Assembly (NCBI RefSeq): GCF_964355755.1
Contig: NC_092677.1
Location: 20,854,101-20,918,100 of the forward strand
DNA from: Antedon mediterranea
Taxonomy: Eukaryota > Animalia > Echinodermata
DNA length: 64,000 bases
Direction: 5' to 3'
In this document: positions 1 to 12,000 of the stretch, piece by piece
Layout: each line of letters starts with the position of its first letter
Numbering within the stretch: position 1 is the stretch's first letter
Program-made: the position numbers and the translations under genes
Notes under the pieces: generated by a model
Database searches by the model: none
What the model saw: the letters and a program-made list of their open reading frames with translations, nothing else
Told to the model about the DNA's origin: nothing

Positions 1-3000
1 AAAACGTTTTAGACCATTTTGAACATTTCGTTAAAAGTTTTCACACAAAAACATCAAAGTCCACAAAATAGCTTAATATCGTATTTAAAAACGTTTTAGA
101 CCATTTTGAGCATTTCGAAAAAACTTTTTCACACTAAACATCAAAGTTTACAAAATAGCTTCAAATCGCATTTGGAGACGTTTTAGACCATTTTGTGATT
201 TTCGAAAAAACTTGTTAACATAAAAACACCAAAGTGCTCAGAATACCTTCAAATCGCATTTTGAGACGTTTTAGACCATTTTGTGATTTTCGAAAAAACT
301 TGTTAACATAAAAACACCAAAGTGCTCAGAATACCTTCAAATCGTGTTTTGAGACGTTTTAGACCATTTTGTGATTTTCGAAAAAACTTGTTAACATAAA
401 AACACCAAAGTGCTCAGAATACCTTCAAATCGCATTTTGAGACGTTTTAGACCATTTTGTGATTTTCGAAAAAACTTGTTAACATAAAAACACCAAAGTG
501 CTCAGAATACCTTCAAATCGTGTTTTGAGACGTTTTAGACCATTTTGTGATTTTCGAAAAAACTTGTTAACATAAAAACACCAAAGTGCTTAGAAAAGCT
601 TCAAATCGCATTTGGATACGTTTTAGACCATTTTGTTCATTTCGATGAAACTTGGTTACACAAAAACATCAAAGAGCAAAAAAGATCTTAATATCGTATT
701 TAAAAACGTTTTAGACCATTTTGAGCATTTCGAAAAAACTTTTTCACACAAAACATCAAAGTGTACAAAATAGCTTCAAATCGCATTTTGAGACGTTTTA
801 GACAATTTTGTGATTTTCGAAAAAACTTGTTTACATAAAAACACCAAAGTACTTAGAAAAGCTTCAAATCGCATTTGGAGACGTTTTAAACCATTTTGTT
901 CATTTCGATGAAACTTGGTTACACAAAAACATCAAAGAGCACAAAAGTATTTAAAAACGTTTTAGACCATTTTGAGCATTCCGTCAAAACTTTTTCACAC
1001 AAAACATCAAAGTGTACAGAATAGCTTTAAATCGCATTTGGAGACGTTTTAGACCATTTTGTAGTTTTCGAAAAAACTTGTTAACATAAAAACACAAAAG
1101 AGCTTCAAATCGCATTTGGAGACGTTTTAGACCCTTTTGTGCATTTCGATGAAACTTGGTTACACAAAAACATCAAAGTGCTTAAAATCACATTAGAAAC
1201 CGTTTTAGACCATTTTGAGCATTTCGTTAAAACTTTTCACACAAAAACATCAAAGTCCACAAAATAGCTTAATATCGTATTTAAAAACGTTTTAGACCAT
1301 TTTGAGCATTTCGAAAAAACTTTTCCACACAAAACATCAAAGTTTACAAAATAGCTTCAAATCGCATTTGGAGACGTTTTAGACCATTTTGTGATTTTCG
1401 AAAAAACTTGTTAACATAAAAACACCAAAGTGCTCAGAATACCTTCAAATCGTATTTTGAGACGTTTTAGACAATTTTGTGATTTTCGAAAAAACTTGTT
1501 AACATAAAAACACCAAAGTGCTTAGAAAAGCTTCAAATCGCATTTGGAGACGTTTTAGACCATTTTGTGCATTTCGATGAAACTTGGTTACACAAAAACA
1601 TCAAAGTGCTTAAAATCACATTTTGAGCATTTCGTTAAAACTTTTCACACAAAAACATCAAAGAGCAAAAAATAGCTTAATATCGTATTTAAAAACGTTT
1701 TAGACCATTTTGAGCATTTCGACAAAACTTTTTCACACAAAACATCAAAGTGTACAAAATAGCTTCAAATCGCATTTGGAGACGTTTTAGACAATTTTGT
1801 GATTTTCGAAAAAACTTGTTTACATAAAAACACCAAAGTGCTAAGAATAGCTTCCAATCGCATTTGGAGACGTTTTAGACCCTTTTGTGCATTTCGATGA
1901 AACTTGGTTACACAAAAACATCAAAGTGCTTAAAATCACATTAGAAACCGTTTTAGAACATTTTGAGCATTTCGTTAAAATTTTTCACAGAAAAACATCA
2001 AAGAGCAAAAAATAGCTTAATATCGTATTTAAAAACGTTTTAGACCATTTTGAGCATTTCGACAAAACTTTTTCACACAAAACAACAAAGTGTACAGAAT
2101 AGCTTCAAATCGCATTTGGAGACGTTTTAACCCATTTTGAGCATTTCGATAAAATTTTACACACAAAAACATCAAAGTGCACAAAATAGCTTAATATGGT
2201 ATTTAAAAACGTTTTAGACCATTTTGAGCATTTCAACAAAACTTTTTCTCACAAAACATCAAAGTGTACAGAATAGCTTCAAATCGCATTTGGAGACGTT
2301 TTAGACCATTTTGTGCATTTCGATGAAACTTGGTTACACAAAAACATCAAAGTGCTTAAAATCACATTTTGAGCATTTCGTTAAAACTTTTCACACAAAA
2401 ACATCAAAGTCCACAAAATAGCTTAATATCGTATTTAAAAACGTTTTAGACCATTTTGAGCATTTCGAAAAAACTTTTCCACACAAAACATCAAAGTTTA
2501 CAAAATAGCTTCAAATCGCATTTGGAGACGTTTTAGACCATTTTGTGATTTTCGAAAAAATTTGTTAACATAAAAACACCAAAGTGCTCAGAATACCTTC
2601 AAATCGCATTTGGAGACGTTTTAGACCCTTTTGTGCATTTCGATGAAACTTGGTTACACAAAAACATCAAAGTGCTTAAAATCACATTAGAAACCGTTTT
2701 AGACCATTTTGAGCATTTCGTTAAAATTTTTCACAGAAAAACATCAAAGAGCAAAAAATAGCTTAATATCGTATTTAAAAACGTTTTAGACCATTTTGAG
2801 CATTTCGACAAAACTTTTTCACACAAAACATCAAAGTGTACAGAATAGCTTCAAATCGCATTTGGAGACGTTTTAACCCATTTTGAGCATTTCGATAAAA
2901 TTTTACACACAAAAACATCAAAGTGCACAAAATAGCTTAATATGGTATTTAAAAACGTTTTAGACCATTTTGAGCATTTCAACAAAACTTTTTCTCGCAA

Positions 3001-6000
3001 AACATCAAAGTGTACAGAATAGCTTCAAATCGCATTTGGAGACGTTTTAGACCATTTTGTGCATTTCGATGAAACTTGGTTACACAAAAACATCAAAGTG
3101 CTTAAAATCACATTTTGAGCATTTCGTTAAAACTTTTCACACAAAAACATCAAAGTCCACAAAATAGCTTAATATCGTATTTAAAAACGTTTTAGACCAT
3201 TTTGAGCATTTCGAAAAAACTTTTCCACACAAAACATCAAAGTTTACAAAATAGCTTCAAATCGCATTTGGAGACGTTTTAGACCATTTTGTGATTTTCG
3301 AAAAAACTTGTTAACATAAAAACACCAAAGTGCTCAGAATACCTTCAAATCGTGTTTTGAGACGTTTTAGACCATTTTGTAATTTTCGAAAAAACTTGTT
3401 AACATAAAAACACCAAAGTGCTCAGAATACCTTCACATCGCATTTTGAGACGTTTTAGACCATTTTGTGATTTTCGAAAAAACTTGTTAACATAAAAACA
3501 CCAAAGTGCTTAGAAAAGCTTGAAATCGCATTTGGAGACGTTTTAGACCATTTTGTGCATTTCGATGAAACTTGGTTACACAAAAACATCAAAGTGCTTA
3601 AAATCACATTTTGAGCATTTCGTTAAAACTTTTCACACAAAAACATCAAAGAGTAAAAAATAGCTTAATATCGTATTTAAAAACGTTTTAGACCATTTTG
3701 AGCATTTCGACAAAATTTTTTCACACAAAACATCAAAGTGTACAGAATAGCTTTAAATCGCATTTGGAGACGTTTTAGACCATTTTGTTCATTTCGATGA
3801 AACAAAAACACAAAAACATCAAATTGCACAAAATGGCTTAATATGATATGGGAAAACGTTTTAGACCATTTTGAACATATCGTTAAAAGTTTTCACACAA
3901 AAACATCAAAGTCCACAAAATAGCTTAATATCGTATTTAAAAACGTTTTAGACCATTTTGAGCATTTCGAAAAATTTTTTCACACAAAACATCAAAGTTT
4001 ACAAAATAGCTTCAAATCGCATTTGGAGACGTTTTAGACCATTTTGTGATTTTCGAAAAAACTTGTTAACATAAAAACACCAAAGTACTCAGAATACCTT
4101 CAAATCGCATTTTGAGACGTTTTAGACCATTTTGTGATTTTCGAAAAAACAACATAAAAACACCAAAGTGCTCAGAATACCTTCAAATCGCATTTGGAGA
4201 CGTTTTAGACCATTTTGTGATTTTCGAAAAAACTTGTTAACATAAAAACACCAAAGTGCTCAGAATACCTTCAAATCGTATTTTGAGACGTTTTAGACAA
4301 TTTTGTGATTTTCGAAAAAACTTGTTAACATAAAAACACCAAAGTGCTTAGAAAAGCTTCAAATCGCATTTGGAGACGTTTTAGACCATTTTGTGCATTT
4401 CGATGAAACTTGGTTACACAAAAACATCAAAGTGTACAGAATAGCTTCAAATCGCATTAGAAACCGTTTTAGACCATTTTAAGCATTTCGAAAAAACTTT
4501 TTCACACAAAACATCAAAGTGTACAAAATAGCTTCAAATCGCATTTGGAGACGTTTTAGACAATTTTGTGATTTTCGAAAAAACTTGTTTACATAAAAAC
4601 ACCAAAGTGCTTAGAAAAGCTTCAAATCGCATTTGGAGACTTTTTAAACCATTTTGTTCATTTCGATGAAACTTGGTTACACAAAAACATCAAAGAGCAC
4701 AAAAGTATTTAAAAACGTTTTAGACCATTTTGAGCATTCCGACAAAACTTTTTCACACAAAACATCAAAGTGTACAGAATAGCTTTAAATCGCATTTGGA
4801 GACGTTTTAGACCATTTTGTAGTTTTCGAAAAAACTTGTTAACATAAAAACACAAAAGAGCTTCAAATCGCATTTGGAGACGTTTTAGACCCTTTTGTGC
4901 ATTTCGATGAAACTTGGTTACACAAAAACATCAAAGTGCTTAAAATCACATTAGAAACCGTTTTAGACCATTTTGAGCATTTCGTTAAAACTTTTCACAC
5001 AAAAACATCAAAGTCCACAAAATAGCTTAATATCGTATTTAAAAACGTTTTAGACCATTTTGAGCATTTCGAAAAAACTTTTCCACACAAAACATCAAAG
5101 TTTACAAAATAGCTTCAAATCGCATTTGGAGACGTTTTAGACCATTTTGTGATTTTCGAAAAAACTTGTTAACATAAAAACACCAAAGTGCTCAGAATAC
5201 CTTCAAATCGTATTTTGAGACGTTTTAGACAATTTTGTGATTTTCGAAAAAACTTGTTAACATAAAAACACCAAAGTGCTTAGAAAAGCTTCAAATCGCA
5301 TTTGGAGACGTTTTAGACCATTTTGTGCATTTCGATGAAACTTGGTTACACAAAAACATCAAAGTGCTTAAAATCAGATTTTGAGCATTTCGTTAAAACT
5401 TTTCACACAAAAACATCAAAGAGCAAAAAATAGCTTAATATCGTATTTAAAAACGTTTTAGACCATTTTGAGCATTTCGACAAAACTTTTTCACACAAAA
5501 CATCAAAGTGTACAAAATAGCTTCAAATCGCATTTGGAGACGTTTTAGACAATTTTGTGATTTTCGAAAAAACTTGTTTACATAAAAACACCAAAGTGCT
5601 AAGAATAGCTTCCAATCGCATTTGGAGACGTTTTAGACCCTTTTGTGCATTTCGATGAAACTTGGTTACACAAAAACATCAAAGTGCTTAAAATCACATT
5701 AGAAACCGTTTTAGAACATTTTGAGCATTTCGTTAAAATTTTTCACAGAAAAACATCAAAGAGCAAAAAATAGCTTAATATCGTATTTAAAAACGTTTTA
5801 GACCATTTTGAGCATTTCGACAAAACTTTTTCACACAAAACAACAAAGTGTACAGAATAGCTTCAAATCGCATTTGGAGACGTTTTAACCCATTTTGAGC
5901 ATTTCGATAAAATTTTACACACAAAAACATCAAAGTGCACAAAATAGCTTAATATGGTATTTAAAAACGTTTTAGACCATTTTGAGCATTTCAACAAAAC

Positions 6001-9000
6001 TTTTTCTCACAAAACATCAAAGTGTACAGAATAGTTTCAAATCGCATTTGGAGACGTTTTAGACCATTTTGTGCATTTCGATGAAACTTGGTTACACAAA
6101 AACATCAAAGTGCTTAAAATCACATTTTGAGCATTTCGTTAAAACTTTTCACACAAAAACATCAAAGTCCACAAAATAGCTTAATATCGTATTTAAAAAC
6201 GTTTTAGACCATTTTGAGCATTTCGAAAAAACTTTTCCACACAAAACATCAAAGTTTACAAAATAGCTTCAAATCGCATTTGGAGACGTTTTAGACCATT
6301 TTGTGATTTTCGAAAAAATTTGTTAACATAAAAACACCAAAGTGCTCAGAATACCTTCAAATCGCATTTGGAGACGTTTTAGACCCTTTTGTGCATTTCG
6401 ATGAAACTTGGTTACACAAAAACATCAAAGTGCTTAAATCACATTAGAAACCGTTTTAGACCATTTTGAGCATTTCGTTAAAATTTTTCACAGAAAAACA
6501 TCAAAGAGCAAAAAATAGCTTAATATCGTATTTAAAAACGTTTTAGACCATTTTGAGCATTTCGACAAAACTTTTTCACACAAAACATCAAAGTGTACAG
6601 AATAGCTTCAAATCGCATTTGGAGACGTTTTAACCCATTTTGAGCATTTCGATAAAATTTTACACACAAAAACATCAAAGTGCACAAAATAGCTTAATAT
6701 GGTATTTAAAAACGTTTTAGACCATTTTGAGCATTTCAACAAAACTTTTTCTCGCAAAACATCAAAGTGTACAGAATAGCTTCAAATCGCATTTGGAGAC
6801 GTTTTAGACCATTTTGTGCATTTCGATGAAACTTGGTTACACAAAAACATCAAAGTGCTTAAAATCACATTTTGAGCATTTCGTTAAAACTTTTCACACA
6901 AAAACATCAAAGTCCACAAAATAGCTTAATATCGTATTTAAAAACGTTTTAGACCATTTTGAGCATTTCGAAAAAACTTTTCCACACAAAACATCAAAGT
7001 TTACAAAATAGCTTCAAATCGCATTTGGAGACGTTTTAGACCATTTTGTGATTTTCGAAAAAACTTGTTAACATAAAAACACCAAAGTGCTCAGAATACC
7101 TTCAAATCGTGTTTTGAGACGTTTTAGACCATTTTGTAATTTTCGAAAAAACTTGTTAACATAAAAACACCAAAGTGCTCAGAATACCTTCACATCGCAT
7201 TTTGAGACGTTTTAGACCATTTTGTGATTTTCGAAAAAACTTGTTAACATAAAAACACCAAAGTGCTTAGAAAAGCTTGAAATCGCATTTGGAGACGTTT
7301 TAGACCATTTTGTGCATTTCGATGAAACTTGGTTAAAGTGCTTAAAATCACATTTTGAGCATTTCGTTAAAACTTTTCACACAAAAACATCAAAGAGTAA
7401 AAAATAGCTTAATATCGTATTTAAAAACGTTTTAGACCATTTTGAGCATTTCGACAAAATTTTTTCACACAAAACATCAAAGTGTACAGAATAGCTTTAA
7501 ATCGCATTTGGAGACGTTTTAGACCATTTTGTTCATTTCGATGAAACAAAAACACAAAAACATCAAATTGCACAAAATGGCTTAATATGATATGGGAAAA
7601 CGTTTTAGACCATTTTGAACATTTCGTTAAAAGTTTTCACAAAAAAACATCAAAGTCCACAAAATAGCTTAATATCGTATTTAAAAACGTTTTAGACCAT
7701 TTTGAGCATTTCGAAAAAACTTTTTCACACAAAACATCAAAGTTTACAAAATAGCTTCAAATCGCATTTGGAGACGTTTTAGACCATTTTGTGATTTTCG
7801 AAAAAACTTGTTAACATAAAAACACCAAAGTGCTCAGAATACCTTCAAATCGCATTTTGAGACGTTTTAGACCATTTTGTGATTTTCGAAAAAAACTTGT
7901 TAACATAAAAACACCAAAGTGCTCAGAATACCTTCAAATCGTGTTTTAAGACGTTTTAGACCATTTTGTGATTTTGGAAAAACTTGTTAACATAAAAACA
8001 CCAAAGTGCTCAGAATACCTTCAAATCGCATTTGGAGACGTTTTAGACCATTTTGTGATTTTCGAAAAAACTTGTTAACATAAAAACACCAAAGTGCTCA
8101 GAAAAGCTTCAAATCGCAATTGGAGACGTTTTAAACCATTTTGTTCATTTCGATGAAACTTGGTTACACAAAAACATCAAATTGCACAAAATGGCTTAAT
8201 ATGGTATGGGAAAACGTTTTAGACCATTTTGAACATTTCGAGAAAACTTTTTCACACAAAACTTAAAAGTGTACAGAATAGCTTCAAATCGCATTAGAAA
8301 CCGTTTTAGACCATTTTGAGCATTTCGAAAAAACTTTTTCACACAAAACATCAAAGTTTACAAAATAGCTTCAAATCGCATTTGGAGACGTTTTAGACCA
8401 TTTTGTGATTTTCGAAAAAACTTGTTAACATAAAAACACCAAAGTGCTCAGAATACCTTCAAATCGCATTTTGAGACGTTTTAGACCATTTTGTGATTTT
8501 CGAAAAAACTTGTTAACATAAAAACACCAAAGTGCTAAGAATACCTTCAAATCGCATTTGGAGACGTTTTAGACCATTTTGTGATTTTCGAAAAAACTTG
8601 TTAACATAAAAACACCAAAGTGCTCAGAAAAGCTTCAAATCGCATTTGGAGACGTTTTAAACCATTTTGTTCATTTCGATGAAACTTGGTTACACAAAAA
8701 CATCAAAGAGCACAAAAGTATTTAAAAACGTTTTAGACCATTTTGAGCATTCCGACAAAACTTTTTCACACAAAACATCAAAGTGTACAGAATAGCTTTA
8801 AATCGCATTTGGAGACGTTTTAGACCATTTTGTAGTTTTCGAAAAAACTTGTTAACATAAAAACACAAAAGAGCTTCAAATCGCATTTGGAGACGTTTTA
8901 GACCCTTTTGTGCATTTCGATGAAACTAGGTTACACAAAAACATCAAAGTGCTTAAAATCACATTAGAAACCGTTTTAGACCATTTTGAGCATTTCGTTA

Positions 9001-12000
9001 AAACTTTTCACACAAAAACATCAAAGTCCACAAAATAGCTTAATATCGTATTCAAAAACGTTTTAGACCATTTTGAGCATTTCGAAAAAACTTTTTCACA
9101 CAAAACATCAAAGTTTACAAAATAGCTTCAAATCGCATTTGGAGACGTTTTAGACCATTTTGTGATTTTCGAAAAAACTTGTTAACATAAAAACACCAAA
9201 GTGCTCAGAATACCTTCAAATCGCATTTTGAGACGTTTTAGACCATTTTGTTCATTTCGATGAAACAAAAACACAAAAACATCAAATTGCACAAAATGGC
9301 TTAATATGATATGGGAAAACGTTTTAGACCATTTTGAACATTTCGTTAAAAGTTTTCACACAAAAACATCAAAGTCCACAAAATAGCTTAATATCGTATT
9401 TAAAAACGTTTTAGACCATTTTGAGCATTTCGAAAAAACTTTTCCACACAAAACATCAAAGTTTACAAAATAGCTTCAAATCGCATTTGGAGACGTTTTA
9501 GACCATTTTGTGATTTTCGAAAAAACTTGTTAACATAAAAACACAAAAGTGCTCAGAATACCTTCAAATCGCATTTGGAGACGTTTTAGACCATTTTGTA
9601 GTTTTCGAAAAAACTTGTTAACATAAAAACACCAAAGAGCTTCAAATCGCATTTGGAGACGTTTTAGACCCTTTTGTGCATTTCGATGAAACTTGGTTAC
9701 ACAAAAACATCAAAGTGCTTAAAATCACATTAGAAACCGTTTTAGACCATTTTGAGCATTTCGTTAAAACTTTTCACACAAAAACATCAAAGTCCACAAA
9801 ATAGCTTAATATCGTATTTAAAAACGTTTTAGACCATTTTGAGCATTTCGAAAAAACTTTTTCACACAAAACATCAAAGTTTACAAAATAGCTTCAAATC
9901 GCATTTGGAGACGTTTTAGACCATTTTGTGATTTTCGAAAAAACTTGTTAACATAAAAACACCAAAGTGCTCAGAATACCTTCAAATCGCATTTTGAGAC
10001 GTTTTAGACCATTTTGTGATTTTCGAAAAAACAACATAAAAACACCAAAGTGCTCAGAATACCTTCAAATCGCATTTGGAGACGTTTTAGACCATTTTGT
10101 GATTTTCGAAAAAACTTGTTAACATAAAAACACCAAAGTGCTCAGAATACCTTCAAATCGTATTTTGAGACGTTTTAGACAATTTTGTGATTTTCGAGAA
10201 AACTTGTTAACATAAAAACACCAAAGTGCTTAGAAAAGCTTCAAATCGCATTTGGAGACGTTTTAGACCATTTTGTGCATTTCGATGAAACTTGGTTACA
10301 CAAAAACATCAAAGTGTACAGAATAGCTTCAAATCGCATTAGAAACCGTTTTAGACCATTTTGAGCATTTCGAAAAAACTTTTTCACACCAAACATCAAA
10401 GTGTACAAAATAGCTTCAAATCGCATTTGGAGACGTTTTAGACAATTTTGTGATTTTCGAAAAAACTTGTTTACATAAAAACACGAAAGTGCTAAGAATA
10501 GCTTCCAATCGCATTTGGAGACGTTTTAGACCCTTTTGTGCATTTCGATGAAACTTGGTTACACAAAAACATCAAAGTGCTTAAAATCACATTAGAAACC
10601 GTTTTAGACCATTTTGAGCATTTCGTTAAAATTTTTCACAGAAAAACATCAAAGAGCAAAAAATAGCTTAATATCGTATTTAAAAACGTTTTAGACCATT
10701 TTGAGCATTTCGACAAAACTTTTTCACACAAAATATCAAAGTGTACAGAATAGCTTCAAATCGCATTTTGAGACGCTTTAACCCATTTTGAGCATTTCGA
10801 TAAAATTTTACACACAAAAACATCAAAGTGCACAAAATAGCTTAATATGGTATTTAAAAACGTTTTAGACCATTTTGAGCAATTCAACAAAACTTTTTCT
10901 CACAAAACATCAAAGTGTACAGAATAGCTTCAAATCGCATTTGGAGACGTTTTAGACCATTTTGTGCATTTCGATGAAACTTGGTTACACAAAAACATCA
11001 AAGTGCTTAAAATCACATTTTGAGCATTTCGTTAAAACTTTTCACACAAAAACATCAAAGTCCACAAAATAGCTTAATATCGTATTTAAAAACGTTTTAG
11101 ACCATTTTGAGCATTTCGAAAAAACTTTTCCACACCAAACATCAAAGTTTACAAAATAGCTTCAAATCGCATTTGGAGACGTTTTAGACCATTTTGTGAT
11201 TTTCGAAAAAACTTGTTAACATAAAAACACCAAAGTGCTCAGAATACCTTCAAATCGCATTTGGAGACGTTTTAGACCCTTTTGTGCATTTCGATGAAAC
11301 TTGGTTACACAAAAACATCAAAGTGCTTAAAATCACATTAGAAACTGTTTTAGACCATTTTGAGCATTTCGTTAAAATTTGTCACAGAAAAACATCAAAG
11401 AGCAAAAAATATCTTAATATCGTATTTAAAAACGTTTTAGACCATTTTGAGCATTTCGACAAAACTTTTTCACACAAAACATCAAAGTGTACAAAATAGC
11501 TTCAAATCGCATTTGGAGACGTTTTAACCCATTTTGAGCATTTCGATAAAATTTTACACACAAAAACATCAAAGTGCACAAAATAGCTTAATATGGTATT
11601 TAAAAACGTTTTAGACCATTTTGAGCATTTCAACAAAACTTTTTCTCACAAAACATCAAAGTGTACAGAATAGCTTCAAATCGCATTTGGAGACGTTTTA
11701 GACTTTTTTGTGCATTTCGATGAAACTTGGTTACACAAAAACATCAAAGTGCTTAAAATCACATTTTGAGCATTTCGTTAAAACTTTTCACACAAAAACA
11801 TCAAAGTCCACAAAATAGCTTAATATCGTATTTAAAAACGTTTTAGACCATTTTGAGCATTTCGAAAAAACTTTTCCACACAAAACATCAAAGTTTACAA
11901 AATAGCTTCAAATCGCATTTGGAGACGTTTTAGACCATTTTGTGATTTTCGAAAAAACTTGATAACATAAAAACACCAAAGTGCTCAGAATACCTTCAAA

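Noticed and set aside
1222-1238. CENP-B box candidate TTTCGTTAAAACTTTTC
   Set aside because: It matches TTCG....A but lacks the essential CGGG of the nTTCGnnnnAnnCGGGn consensus.
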